Assembly: GCA_965198945.1 (NCBI GenBank) | Contig: CBDAQI010000001.1 | Coordinates: 64,001 to 128,000, forward strand | Reading direction: 5' to 3' | From: Thermodesulfobacteriota bacterium | GTDB lineage: Bacteria > Desulfobacterota_D > UBA1144 > Nemesobacterales > Mycalebacteriaceae | Length of the DNA: 64,000 bases | Part shown: piece after piece, positions 1 to 9,927 of the stretch | How positions within the stretch are numbered: position 1 is the stretch's first letter | How the letters are laid out: each line of letters begins with the position of its first letter | Position numbers and translations under genes: made by a program | The notes under the pieces: model-generated | What the model was told of the DNA's origin: nothing | Databases searched by the model: none | What the model saw: the letters and a program-made list of their open reading frames with translations, nothing else

Positions 1-105
1 TGAGTTAAACGACTTTTCTACAACATCCCAATCACGATTATCCGTGGCTACAAACATATTAATAACCACATCTTTGGGCGATTTCGTGTTCCGTGCATTA
101 TTCAT
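1..105 (-). CDS. N-terminus of a probable SnoaL/NTF2-like protein (runs off window edge)
   Basis: Manual translation from ATG at 105: MNNARNTKSPKDVVINMFVATDNRDWDVVEKSFNS; D-x-R-D-W helix typical of SnoaL-like folds; not in the ORF track. Confidence 0.5.
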   Translation of the reverse strand, partial: MNNARNTKSPKDVVINMFVATDNRDWDVVEKSFNS

Positions 106-240
106 ATGAACTAAAAATCTGCAAATCCACTCTTTAAGCGACTGTTTTCTACTTTCAGATGTTTCAATAAATTGTTGAAAAATTCTCCGGGGTTTACGGG
201 CTTTTTTTCCAAACTCAAATCACAGAGATTAACAACATTC

Positions 241-932
241 TCACAACAACCCGTTTTCAACAAAGCTGTAGTGGTCGTTGGAACAGACACTTATATGGTC
301 AACAAGCCGTATGTCAAGTGATTTGCAGATTCGGGCAAGTTCTTCGGTTATTTCTTTGTCGCTCTCAGACGGCTGAGGGTGGCCGCTCGGATGGTTGTGA
401 ACGACAATGATTCCCGAGCATTTTTTCAGATCAATAGCCTTTTTCACCACATCTCTTATGTTCATACTGACGCTTCCGACCGAGCCTTCCGACACAACCT
501 CGTGCTTGAGAAACTGGTTTTTTGTGTTGACAAAAACCAGAACCATAAACTCCCTGCTTTCCCTGCCTATTCTTGATTTGCAAAAATCTATCACCGACCG
601 GGGGAAGTGAGGTAGTCTCCGGACTCAATTTTTGTCTCCATATAACGCCAGTTCATTTCTTTTATCAGGGTTATGAAAGCGGCCGTGATATCTCCTATGC
701 CCGCAACTTTTGTCAACTCATCGGCGGGAGCGTCCATAACGGCTGACAATGAACCGAATCTGGCAAGCAGATTTTTTGCCGCCGGTTTCACATCCCCGCG
801 CGGCACGGAATAAGTAAGGAGCAGTTCCAGAGCCTCGTAGTCGGCAAACGAGACAAGCCCCTCAGTGAGAAACCTGTTTCTGAGACGTTTTCTGTGACCC
901 GCGTAGTGAGGAATTTCCCTTTCGCCGCTCAT
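241..932 (-). pseudogene. radC: RadC/UPF0758 JAB-domain protein, frameshifted
   Basis: N-half 591-932 (GHRKRLRNRF, DYEALELLL) and C-half 241-594 (HNHPSG..PSESD..LVDH) are in different frames; the break is at a G5 run (600-604), and one extra base restores the frame. Confidence 0.8.
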
Positions 933-992
933 CGGGCGGTAGTTTAACTTCAGTGTGTGGAAAAAAAACTATTTTTCCGTAACACTTGTGAG

Positions 993-1652
993 ATGAGAGC
1001 GGTTCTTGTCCCCATAAAAAGATTTTCAGACGCAAACGAGAGGCTTTGCAAGGTGCTTTCTCCGGCCGAGCGCAAGGGGCTCGCGCGCGTGATGCTTGAG
1101 GATGTTTTGTCAAACATATCTCTTTGCAAACGGGCGGACGCGGTCTTCCTCGTAACCGCGGAAGAGGAGGCAATGCAAATGGGAAGCCGTCTGGGAATGG
1201 AGATAATCACCGAAGAAGCGCAGCAAAGCGAGAGCTCATCCGTTGATTTTGCGATGAAAAAGTGCCGCGAAACGGGAGCGGAATCGCTGCTTGTGGTTCC
1301 GGGAGACATACCGGGCGCGCGGGCCCGGGAGTTTGACGCCGTGATTGAAAAGGACGACGGCGGAAAGCGTGTGGTGATAGTTCCTTCCCGCGACGGGACG
1401 GGAACAAACGCTCTCATGATGAGGCCCGTGGGAGTTATTTCTCCCAGTTTCGGTGAAAACAGTTTTTTCAGGCATAAGGATATGGCGCTCGGACTCGGAC
1501 TCGGTTTTTCCTCGCTCACGCTCTCCGGGATAGGTCTTGACATAGACGGCCCGCAAGATTTGGAAATTTTTATGAGCACGGGCGCCGGCACAAAAACCCA
1601 CGAATATCTGGGTCGCCTCGGAATGGAGAACAAAACCGGGAAAACGGCCTGA
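993..1652 (+). CDS. cofC: 2-phospho-L-lactate/PEP guanylyltransferase (F420 biosynthesis)
   Basis: VPIKRFSDANERL..LSPAER..ML.DVL, PGDIP, DGTGTNAL, FGENSF..H, LDIDGPQDL; ATG at 993. Confidence 0.85.
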   Translation: MRAVLVPIKRFSDANERLCKVLSPAERKGLARVMLEDVLSNISLCKRADAVFLVTAEEEAMQMGSRLGMEIITEEAQQSESSSVDFAMKKCRETGAESLLVVPGDIPGARAREFDAVIEKDDGGKRVVIVPSRDGTGTNALMMRPVGVISPSFGENSFFRHKDMALGLGLGFSSLTLSGIGLDIDGPQDLEIFMSTGAGTKTHEYLGRLGMENKTGKTA

Positions 1653-1654
1653 TT

Positions 1655-2539
1655 ATGGGATTTGAGCTGAACTTTCTCGGTCTTGAAGGCCCGGATGCGG
1701 ACTTTGAAAAATCCAAAGTCGTAATCCTCCCCGTTCCATATGAAAGAACTGTGTCTTTCCGCGGAGGCTGCTCGCGGGGGCCGGGAGCAATACTGGAAGC
1801 GTCGCGTGCGATTGAGCTTTACGATGACGAACTGCTCTGCTGTCCGTCAGACTCCGGCATACACACCCACGGTGAGCTTGAGTGTGAAATCAATCCCGGG
1901 GAAATGGTCAAAAGTGTCAAAGAGACCTGCCGGGGGCTGGCAAAAAAGGGGAAATTTGTCATCACTGTCGGAGGAGAACACTCGGTCACGGCCGGAGCAT
2001 TTGCCGCGCAAAAGGAGATTCATTCTAAACTGTCCGTTCTTTCAATAGATGCGCACTGCGACCTAAGAGACAGTTATCAAGGCTCAAGATTCAGTCACGC
2101 CTGCGTGATGAGAAGGGTTCTTGAAACTGGAGCTGCGGTGGTGGTGGCCGGCGTGAGAAGTATGTCCGCCGAAGAGGCTGAGTTTGCACGGACTAGCAAA
2201 GACCTGTTCATTTTCAGGGCAGACGATATCGCAGGGCTCAAAAGCCGGAAAGACATGGCCCGCATTGTGGAAAAACTCGGCCAAAAAGTCTATTTGAGCA
2301 TTGATGTTGACGGCCTTGACCCCTCAATCATGCCATCGGTGGGAACACCTGAGCCGGGAGGACTGGGCTGGCCGGAAACCACCGCCCTGATACGGGAGGT
2401 TTTCGGCATGCGCAATGTGGTCGGGATGGATATTGTGGAACTTTCACCGATACCGGGAATCTGCGCTCCCGATTTTACCGCGGCAAAACTCATCTACAAA
2501 GCCATAGGATACAAATTCCGCTCCCCGTCAAAACCTTGA
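1655..2539 (+). CDS. speB: Agmatinase (ureohydrolase family)
   Basis: GGEHS, DAHCD, SIDVDGLDPS..P.VGTPEPGG motifs. Confidence 0.9.
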   Translation: MGFELNFLGLEGPDADFEKSKVVILPVPYERTVSFRGGCSRGPGAILEASRAIELYDDELLCCPSDSGIHTHGELECEINPGEMVKSVKETCRGLAKKGKFVITVGGEHSVTAGAFAAQKEIHSKLSVLSIDAHCDLRDSYQGSRFSHACVMRRVLETGAAVVVAGVRSMSAEEAEFARTSKDLFIFRADDIAGLKSRKDMARIVEKLGQKVYLSIDVDGLDPSIMPSVGTPEPGGLGWPETTALIREVFGMRNVVGMDIVELSPIPGICAPDFTAAKLIYKAIGYKFRSPSKP

Positions 2540-2589
2540 TAAAACTCAGGCTGGTGTGGTAGAATCCGCCTTCACAGCAAGAGCAATCG

Positions 2590-2661
2590 GGCGGCGTAGC
2601 TCAGAGGCAGAGCAGGGCTCTCATAAGGCCCCCGTCGGAGGTTCGAGTCCTCCCGCCGCCA
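2590..2661 (+). tRNA. tRNA with CAT anticodon (probably elongator Met); CCA not encoded
   Basis: GGCGGCG/CGCCGCC acceptor stem, TAGCTCAG D-arm, GGGCT-CTCATAA-GGCCC anticodon arm, GTTCGAGTC T-loop. Confidence 0.9.
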
Positions 2662-2671
2662 GAAACAGAGG

Positions 2672-3073
2672 TTACTCTTCCTTTTCAAAACTCAGAGAAG
2701 CGGAGTTTATGCAATACCTCATCCCTGTCGTCTCAGAGGGGCCGTCGGGAAAAACATGACCAAGATGGGCATCGCATTTTGAACACAATACCTCCGTTCT
2801 GCTCATTCCCGCAGAGTCGTCACTTTCAGTTTTAACGTTGCTGCCGCCGGCCGGGCTGTCAAAGCTGGGCCACCCGGTTCCGGAATTAAACTTTGCCTCG
2901 GAACTGAAAAGATTCTGACCGCAGCAGACGCAGACATACATCCCTTTTTCCTTATGGTCGTTGAACTTACCGGTAAATGGTCTCTCCGTTCCCTTCTTGC
3001 GGGTCACGGCGAACTGCTCTTCGGTCAGTTCGGCTTTCCATTCTTTTTCAGTTTTTTTTATCTTGCCGGACAT
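2672..3073 (-). CDS. msrB: Peptide-methionine (R)-S-oxide reductase
   Basis: [32 protein letters not shown]. Confidence 0.95.
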   Translation of the reverse strand: MSGKIKKTEKEWKAELTEEQFAVTRKKGTERPFTGKFNDHKEKGMYVCVCCGQNLFSSEAKFNSGTGWPSFDSPAGGSNVKTESDDSAGMSRTEVLCSKCDAHLGHVFPDGPSETTGMRYCINSASLSFEKEE

Positions 3074-3125
3074 GGTAACAAACTAACAAATTCAAAAATC
3101 ATGTCAAAACCGTTTGAATCCGTCT

Positions 3126-3968
3126 CTATTTACTGAAAAGCGCTTTGCCGGAGCGCCCGCGCTCAAGGATTTTCGTGAGTTTTTCCGTATCGCGGGATTT
3201 GACGGCGGCGGCGGTTTCGGCAACGGACTCTGAAAAGCTCTCCAGCGCTTCAAGAACCGGACTTGAGTTCCGGATGAGTATTTCCGCCCACATCGCGGGG
3301 TCGCTCATGGCTATTCTCGTCGTATCTCTGAGCCCGCCGCCTGAAAGAGACAGAGCGTCGGCGCTGCCCGAACAAGCGGATGCGGCAACTGAAGCAAGCG
3401 AATAGGCGCAGACATGAGGCAAATGGCTTATAAATGCAAACACGCGGTCGTGTTCTTCGGGGGACATTCCGAAGATGTTCGCGCCCGTTTTTCTCCACAT
3501 ATCTTTAACCTTGCCTGAAGATTTGTCGTCTCCGCCGGTTATTATCAGGGGGTTTCCGTCAAATATGCCCGTCTTATAGCTTCGGGCGCCGTGCTTTTCA
3601 TCTCCCGCAATCGGATGTGCGGGAACAAAACCGACTCCCTCGGGCAGAATCCGGCTCATCAGCTCGCAAACCGGAACCTTAACACTTGCCACATCCGTCA
3701 CAACAACTCCCGGGCGCGCAACCGCAAAAAAAGCGCGCGCAACCGCCTCCATGGAGCCAACCGGGACGGCAAGCACACAGACGTCCACACCGGAGCGAAC
3801 ACCGGACGGATCGTTCAGTCCTATGTCAATGAGACCTTTTGAAATACAGTTGGCAACCGAATCAGGGTTGCTGTCAACGCCGGTAATCTCAGACGCGATT
3901 CCCCTCTCCTTCAAATCAGCGCAAAGAGACGCGCCTATCTTGCCGAGCCCTATGACCGCAACTTTCAT
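3126..3968 (-). CDS. tyrA: Prephenate/arogenate dehydrogenase
   Basis: GLGKIG Rossmann motif, DVASVK, HPIAG.E, HDRVFAFISHLPH, DTTRIA. Confidence 0.9.
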   Translation of the reverse strand: MKVAVIGLGKIGASLCADLKERGIASEITGVDSNPDSVANCISKGLIDIGLNDPSGVRSGVDVCVLAVPVGSMEAVARAFFAVARPGVVVTDVASVKVPVCELMSRILPEGVGFVPAHPIAGDEKHGARSYKTGIFDGNPLIITGGDDKSSGKVKDMWRKTGANIFGMSPEEHDRVFAFISHLPHVCAYSLASVAASACSGSADALSLSGGGLRDTTRIAMSDPAMWAEILIRNSSPVLEALESFSESVAETAAAVKSRDTEKLTKILERGRSGKALFSK

Positions 3969-5080
3969 GTTTTTCTCACCTTCTCAAGAGCCCGGATAAA
4001 CGCCCTGTTCTGCCGTTCATCGCCGACAGTAACTCTTATGTGGTTGTCAAGCCCGTAAGCGGAGACCGGGCGGACTATAACGCCTTCACGCAGGAGCAGC
4101 TCGTAGACACGGGAGGAGTTCTCTCCCAAATCTGCGAGGACAAAGTTCGCCCTCGAGTCCGTGCGCGTTATTCCCATGGAGTCAAGCCGGGATGAAATAT
4201 ATTCAACACCCTCAAGGTTCGCTTTGCGCGAAAGAGCACAGTGGCGCGAGTCCTCAAGAGCCGCGGCCGCGGCCTTCTGGGCAAGAGAGTTCACATTAAA
4301 AGGCTCCCTCGCACGGTTCAAAAGAGCCGCCACTTCTTCGGAAGCAACCGCATATCCTATCCTTGTTCCGGCAAGTCCGTAGATTTTTGAAAACGTTCTG
4401 ACGGTTATAAGCCCCGGCCTTGATGATTGGTAGTCAAGCGTGTCCGGGTAAAGAGGGTCATCCACATACTCAAAATAGGCTTCGTCAACAACAATGACAA
4501 CGTCTTCGGGAACTTTGCCGAGAAAGTCCTCAAACTGGCTCCGGGAAAATATCGTGCCGGTCGGGTTGTTGGGATTGGCAAGGAAAATCACCCTTGTTTT
4601 TGAAGTGATGCGCCGGGCAAAATCTTCAAGGTCATGCCTCAAAAGCGGCATTGGCGAAACAACACCGGCGGCCCCCGCGCCCGCAGTGACGATTGGATAA
4701 ACTACAAAACCGTGAGCGCCGTAGAGAGCCTCATCACCGGGACCGAGAAAAACCTTCGCAACAAGATCAAGTATCTCATTGGAGCCGTTGCCCACAACAA
4801 TTCTCTCAGGAGTCGTGCCGAGCCGCGCCGACAGACTCTCCTTTAGCTCGCGTGAATCACCATCGGGATAAAGGTGTGCCCATCCGCAGAAAGATTCAAT
4901 GGCGCGAAGGGCGAGCGGAGAGGGGCCGAACGGGTTTTCGTTTGACGCCATTTTGACCGCGTCTTTTATTCCGAGCTCTCTTTCTATCTGCTCGGAGGTC
5001 TTTCCCGGAACGTAAACGGGCAGTCTTTTTATTTTTTCTTTGGGACGGATCACTTGATTATGGAGTCCGTTCCCTTTCAT
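3965..5080 (-). CDS. hisC: Histidinol-phosphate aminotransferase (start at 5080 or GTG 5053)
   Basis: KMASNENP, GNGSNE, NPNNPTG, DEAY, RTFSKIYGLAG.RIGY; pheA-hisC-tyrA context. Confidence 0.9.
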   Translation of the reverse strand: MKGNGLHNQVIRPKEKIKRLPVYVPGKTSEQIERELGIKDAVKMASNENPFGPSPLALRAIESFCGWAHLYPDGDSRELKESLSARLGTTPERIVVGNGSNEILDLVAKVFLGPGDEALYGAHGFVVYPIVTAGAGAAGVVSPMPLLRHDLEDFARRITSKTRVIFLANPNNPTGTIFSRSQFEDFLGKVPEDVVIVVDEAYFEYVDDPLYPDTLDYQSSRPGLITVRTFSKIYGLAGTRIGYAVASEEVAALLNRAREPFNVNSLAQKAAAAALEDSRHCALSRKANLEGVEYISSRLDSMGITRTDSRANFVLADLGENSSRVYELLLREGVIVRPVSAYGLDNHIRVTVGDERQNRAFIRALEKVRKT

Positions 5081-6182
5081 TTCCCGAAAAGTAACAGCCG
5101 AGCACCTTGAATGACGAACTTCCGGCCTCAATTTTCTCAATAAGCGCATCTGTTTCAGGCTGTCCCATGCTGCCCTCAAAATCAACAAAAAACATGTATT
5201 CCCAGGGTTTTTTACCAGAGGGTCTGGATTCTATCCTCGTCAGGTTGACCCCTGCTGAGGCAAGGGGGGAAAAAAACGTTTTATGCAGGGAGCCGGGCTC
5301 ATCCTTGATGCAGAAAACCAAGGAAACTTTGTTTCCGTATCCCTTTTCCATGGGCACGGAGGACTTTTCCACGGTTACGAAGCGTGTTGAATTGATGGGG
5401 TTGTCTTCAATGTTCCCCGCAACCACGCGCAGTTTGTATATTGATGCGGAAAAGGCACTTGAGATGGCGGCCACCGTACTGTCTTCAGCCGCCATGGCGG
5501 CGGCGGCGGCCGTACTTGAGGTCTCAACCAGACCGACAGACGGCAATTCAGAGGAAAGCCATTTTCTGCACTGCCCCAGCGCCTGCGGGTGTGAGGCAAC
5601 TTTTTTTATGTTTTGCAGTTCCGAGGCATTTGACAAAAGAAAGTGGCTTATGCCCTCAAAATGCTCGGCTGTTATCCGCAAATCATTCCCGGCTATGATT
5701 TCAAGCACTCCGCCCACCGGGCCTTCGGTTGAATTCTCAATGGGAACAACGCCCTTTGAGACCGAATCCGTAAGGATGCTTTCAAAAACATCCTCAAGTG
5801 TTTTCCGTGGAACAAGAGCGGAATTCGGCTCTGACATATTTGAGGCGGCAAGATGCGAAAAACTGCCCTCGGGACCGAGATAGGAAACTCTGCCGACAGA
5901 CTGCAGCGCTCTGCATGAGCGTATCACTTCTCTGAAGATTGAAACGGCGTCGGCGTCTGTAAGCGGCCCCCTGTTCAAACGGACTATCTTCCTCTCCACC
6001 TCCCTTTCCCTTTCCGGGTCGTAAACACCCTTTGAAATTTCCCTTTTCGCCTCCATAACCTTGAAAGCAAGTGAAGCCCTTTTGTTTATTGACTCAAGGA
6101 TTTCACGGTCAATTAAATCAATCTCTCCCCTCAGATTTGAGAGAGCGGGCGAACCTTTTTTGTGTGAAGTTTTTACGGGCAT
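5058..6182 (-). CDS. pheA: Chorismate mutase/prephenate dehydratase (P-protein)
   Basis: LRGEIDLID chorismate mutase domain, YLGPEGSFS, PIENSTEG, SHPQALGQC, TRF, LTRIESRP ACT domain. Confidence 0.95.
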   Translation of the reverse strand: MPVKTSHKKGSPALSNLRGEIDLIDREILESINKRASLAFKVMEAKREISKGVYDPEREREVERKIVRLNRGPLTDADAVSIFREVIRSCRALQSVGRVSYLGPEGSFSHLAASNMSEPNSALVPRKTLEDVFESILTDSVSKGVVPIENSTEGPVGGVLEIIAGNDLRITAEHFEGISHFLLSNASELQNIKKVASHPQALGQCRKWLSSELPSVGLVETSSTAAAAAMAAEDSTVAAISSAFSASIYKLRVVAGNIEDNPINSTRFVTVEKSSVPMEKGYGNKVSLVFCIKDEPGSLHKTFFSPLASAGVNLTRIESRPSGKKPWEYMFFVDFEGSMGQPETDALIEKIEAGSSSFKVLGCYFSGNERERTP

Positions 6183-6239
6183 TTTTTTATTAAACTTTCA
6201 GAATAAGGTTTTCTCTTATAAATAAGCGGTTTTCCAAAG

Positions 6240-7007
6240 TCAAATCGGGGTTCTGAAAATAGTCAGCGATTTCACCTCTCTGGCCCCGGCGTGAACCAGC
6301 ATCGCGGAGCATTCCTCAATGGTTGATCCGGTTGTGAAAATATCGTCAAAAAGCATAACCCTTCTGTTCCTGATTTTTTCCGCCTCAGAGCGTCTCACAG
6401 AAAAAGCGGCGCGCACATTGGCTCTCCTTTCCTTATGACTGCTGATTGAAGCCTGGGGAGGGTTGTCTTTTACCCTTTTTAACACAAAAGGCGCGTGTTT
6501 TTTACCAAAGTGGAGAGCCACCCGCGAAGAGACAAGGGCGGACTGATTGAACTCTCTTTCTCTCAGTCTTCTCAAATGAAGCGGGACGGGGACGACTGTT
6601 TGAAAATCTCCGAAATCTTCCGGAAAAGAATCAACCGTAAGAGATGAGAGAAACGCCGCCGTGGAAAAAGCTCCTCGATACTTGAAATCTCTTGCGCAGG
6701 CGGCCGCGGAGCCGGAGAAAAACAGAACGGAGCGAGCTATGGAAAAACTTCTCTTTTCCACCGAGCAGGGGCCGCAGAGAGAACCTTTTTTCCCTGCAAC
6801 GGTGTTGCCGCACACATAGCAGACATTTTGAGAAGAAAGAAAAATAAAATCAGCTTCACATTTGGCGCAAACTTTTGATTTAAGGGAAGATTTGCGCTTC
6901 GCCAAACCGTCGGAACCGCATATAAAACATACGCCGGGAAAAACCGAAGAGAGAATAAAATCAACTGACTTCCCCGTAAAACCCCGAAAGCCGCTTTTGC
7001 TAAACAA
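6240..7007 (-). CDS. comF: ComF family protein (Zn ribbon + phosphoribosyltransferase domain)
   Basis: Four CxxC pairs, PVPLH..R..R.FNQS, LFDDIFTTGST. Confidence 0.85.
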   Translation of the reverse strand: MFSKSGFRGFTGKSVDFILSSVFPGVCFICGSDGLAKRKSSLKSKVCAKCEADFIFLSSQNVCYVCGNTVAGKKGSLCGPCSVEKRSFSIARSVLFFSGSAAACARDFKYRGAFSTAAFLSSLTVDSFPEDFGDFQTVVPVPLHLRRLREREFNQSALVSSRVALHFGKKHAPFVLKRVKDNPPQASISSHKERRANVRAAFSVRRSEAEKIRNRRVMLFDDIFTTGSTIEECSAMLVHAGAREVKSLTIFRTPI

Positions 7008-8115
7008 CAGGCATCAGTATACAGACGAAATCGTCTGAGCCCGAAAGGGTGATAACGGCAGGTGAACTGCCGTCACCGGGGCGGATCTCAATCTCATCCC
7101 CGTCAAGAAGGTTCAGTGAATCGGCTATAAAACGGGGATTAAAAGAAGCCTTCTTCTCTTCGCCTGAGTAAGTGACCGAAACCGATTCGGTGGCTTCCCC
7201 CTCATCGGTCTCACCGCTTGAAAAAGAAAGAGAGGAAGAAGTCAAATGAAGACCTATTTTTTCAGAAAAAATACTCACCCTTCTCACAGCCCCTAAAATG
7301 CGGTTTTTATCACAGACGGCCGGTTCCTGAGAAGAGATGTCAGGTATGACCCTTGAGTATTCCGGGAAATCGGAGTCAATAAGACTTGAAATAACAGTTG
7401 TTTCCCCGAGAGTGAAAAACACCTTTCCGTCCTGCAGATGGAAACCGGCTTTGTCTTCAGAGTCTTTCTCGGAAGCTTTCAAGACTTTCGCAATCTCGGC
7501 GAGAGCCCTTTTTGATATCACGGCCTTATCAAAAGCTCCAGTGCTGTCAACTTCGTTTTGGTAATAGGCGAGTCTGTGAGTGTCAGTGGAAACAAGCCTG
7601 ACTTTCCCGCCTTCCAGCATCTCAAAAAGAACCCCGTTAATGTTCCGCCTCATGGTGTCTTCCGAAGCAAAATTCAAGATTGATGGGAGTATGTACGATA
7701 TAAAGGGCACGGGAATTGAAAACCCCGTCTTATCTGAAGATAAAGAGGGAATTTTGGGAAAATCCTTGCCGGAAAGACAGGGAAGCCTGAAAAGAGCCGA
7801 AGAAGTTTTTATCTCCATCCAGTTGTTTTTATGGACATTTATCAAAACTTCGTCTTGCTCCATCCTCCTTAATATTTCCACAAACTTACGGCCCGGCACC
7901 AGAAGGTCAAAATCAGCCTCACCGCCTTCTCCGGGCTCAAAGAAACTAACAATCGTTGATTCTATGTCCGTTGCGGCAATAAAGAGCTCTTTCCTTCTTT
8001 TTGAACTTCTGAGAAGTATGTTGCGCAGTATCTCGTTCGGAGATGCGGTTTCAGTAAGTCCTATAACAAGGGATGATTTTTCCAGAAGCGCCTGCCTCTT
8101 GAATTTTACTTCCAA
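7000..8115 (-). CDS. dnaN: DNA polymerase III beta clamp
   Basis: ATDIE, STDTHRL, FPEYSRVIP, C-terminal ILMPV; directly downstream of dnaA. Confidence 0.92.
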   Translation of the reverse strand: MEVKFKRQALLEKSSLVIGLTETASPNEILRNILLRSSKRRKELFIAATDIESTIVSFFEPGEGGEADFDLLVPGRKFVEILRRMEQDEVLINVHKNNWMEIKTSSALFRLPCLSGKDFPKIPSLSSDKTGFSIPVPFISYILPSILNFASEDTMRRNINGVLFEMLEGGKVRLVSTDTHRLAYYQNEVDSTGAFDKAVISKRALAEIAKVLKASEKDSEDKAGFHLQDGKVFFTLGETTVISSLIDSDFPEYSRVIPDISSQEPAVCDKNRILGAVRRVSIFSEKIGLHLTSSSLSFSSGETDEGEATESVSVTYSGEEKKASFNPRFIADSLNLLDGDEIEIRPGDGSSPAVITLSGSDDFVCILMPVV

Positions 8116-8382
8116 TATTTTTCCACCATTCTTTCTTATCTTCTTCTTTACTAATATATTATAAACTCAAAGCAATAGCAGTAGTAAATGTTGATTTGTT
8201 GAAAACTTGCAATTCGCTCATTTTTCACCTTTCTTTTCCGCCTTCTTTTCTTATGGGTTTTGTTGACAACTCTGTTGATAAAACAATTAAAAAGTTGTGG
8301 AAAAATCCTGAAACAAATGATCTTTCCACTTTTCCACAAAAAGCAAACAATTTTTCCACAAAAAATACGGCGGCTTTTACCC
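8116..8382. other. Chromosomal replication origin oriC
   Basis: AT-rich dnaA-dnaN spacer with DnaA-box-like 9-mers (TGTTGAAAA 8197, TGTTGACAA 8261, TGTTGATAA 8273, TGTGGAAAA 8296, TTTTCCACA 8330 and 8352) and trio-like repeats at 8171-8186. Confidence 0.85.
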
Positions 8383-9753
8383 CTATACCCTCATCCTCTC
8401 TTCCACACCCCTTACGGCGCTGATAGTTACTTCGTCCTTCTGAGCGAGACCCTTCTCTATTTTTGAAACGGCGTGGATAACAGTTGAGTGGTCTCTGTTG
8501 CCGAATTCATTGCCTATTGAGACATATGCCATATCAAGATGCTTCCTGATAAGGAACATTGCCAGTTGTCTTGCAAATGAGACTGTTTTTGTTCTTTCCT
8601 GGGATTCAAGCTGCCCCGTTTTCAGGTTGAAAGTGTTTTCAACGGTTGCCTTTATGATTGCGGCCGATATCTCTCCTTCACCGTTGCTTAACGCTCCTTT
8701 TAGATGAGCGGCGCGTTCGTTGATAACCTCTGTCGCCACCCTTATATCTATTGGAACCCCCTTTGCCTGTGCCATAATCACAAGCTTTGTGAGAACACCC
8801 TCAAGTTCTCTTACATTGTTTTTTACCTTCTCAGATATTAATTCCACAACCCCCTGGGGTATCTGCACGTTTTTTTCCTCGGCCTTTTTTCTTATGATTG
8901 CAGCCCTTGTTTCTATATCGGGAGGTCTTATGTCAACTATCAGACCCCACATAAATCTTGATGTTATTCTCTCGCCGAGATTTACCATCTCTCCAGGCAC
9001 TCTGTCACTTGTGATAACTATCTGTTTGCCGGCGTCGTAAAGGGCGTTGAAAGTGTGGAAAAACTCATGCAGAGTGCTGGCCTTTCCCTCTATGAACTGT
9101 ATGTCGTCAATCATAAGAAGATCACACTTCTTCCTCAATTTTGTTCTCATTGCGGCCGTGTTTCTTCCCGATATGTGCTCAATCACAATGTTTGTGAAAT
9201 CCTCAGAAGACAGGCAGCAGACGTTCAGTTCCGGATTCCTTTCCGCAAACTCGTTTCCCACGGCGTTCATAAGATGAGTTTTTCCCAGCCCGGAATCTCC
9301 CCTTATGAAGAGAGGATTGTGTCTGCCCGGCGTTCTTGCGGCCGCAAGCGCCGCAGCATTTGCGAAGTCGTTGCTTTCCCCCACCACAAAGCTTTCAAAA
9401 GAGTATCTGGAGTTTAAATAACCGAGAAAAACCTCTTTCCTTTCATTTTTCTGCGGCAGAAATACATGCCCATCCCCTTTTTCGCCCTCAGGATTGTTTA
9501 TTTCAACCTTCTCTATTGAGTGGAATTTGCTGAAATACCCGGATATCTCGCTGAGCGAATTTCCAAGATTATTTTTCAGGTAGTGAACCCCCATCTCGTC
9601 GCCGGGCATTATCTCCACGACTCCTTCGGTTTCGTTAAATTTTGATATATGAGCCTTTGAGAGCAGGTTGATAATTTCCGCTGAAATATTGTCCCGCTGC
9701 CTGACATGGTCAAGAAACATGTCCCAAACCTGCAGGGTATCTTCGCTTTTCAT
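8383..9753 (-). CDS. dnaA: Chromosomal replication initiator DnaA
   Basis: NPLFI.G.SGLGKTHL, DDIQF, EFFHTFN, NVRELEG, RDHSTV.HA. Confidence 0.97.
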   Translation of the reverse strand: MKSEDTLQVWDMFLDHVRQRDNISAEIINLLSKAHISKFNETEGVVEIMPGDEMGVHYLKNNLGNSLSEISGYFSKFHSIEKVEINNPEGEKGDGHVFLPQKNERKEVFLGYLNSRYSFESFVVGESNDFANAAALAAARTPGRHNPLFIRGDSGLGKTHLMNAVGNEFAERNPELNVCCLSSEDFTNIVIEHISGRNTAAMRTKLRKKCDLLMIDDIQFIEGKASTLHEFFHTFNALYDAGKQIVITSDRVPGEMVNLGERITSRFMWGLIVDIRPPDIETRAAIIRKKAEEKNVQIPQGVVELISEKVKNNVRELEGVLTKLVIMAQAKGVPIDIRVATEVINERAAHLKGALSNGEGEISAAIIKATVENTFNLKTGQLESQERTKTVSFARQLAMFLIRKHLDMAYVSIGNEFGNRDHSTVIHAVSKIEKGLAQKDEVTISAVRGVEERMRV

Positions 9754-9849
9754 ATTAAAACAAAGGCAATGGGAGGGGCTCCGGTGTTAACCTCATTAAG
9801 CCTGTTCACAGCAAAAGAAAAAAGCCGCACTCACCCCCACTTCACCTGA

Positions 9850-9884
9850 TGTGGATTCTAAACTCCAAAAAACCCTTCTGTCAA
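9850..9884 (-). promoter_or_regulatory. sigma70 promoter of dnaA with overlapping DnaA-box-like site
   Basis: Minus strand TTGACA-18-TAGAAT, overlapped by GAATCCACA. Confidence 0.55.
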
Positions 9885-9927
9885 ATCCCCCTCCCGCGCC
9901 TTTTCATTTGTGTAGAATAACCCCTCC

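Noticed and set aside
950..1633. Long antisense ORFs (also 5107-5883, 22234-23001, 36778-37686, 41025-41852, 46864-47649, 48765-49556 and others)
   Set aside because: Shadows of well-supported genes on the opposite strand, with no motifs or RBS
2590..2661. tRNAs lacking encoded CCA as pseudogenes
   Set aside because: Cloverleaves are intact, and post-transcriptional CCA addition is common
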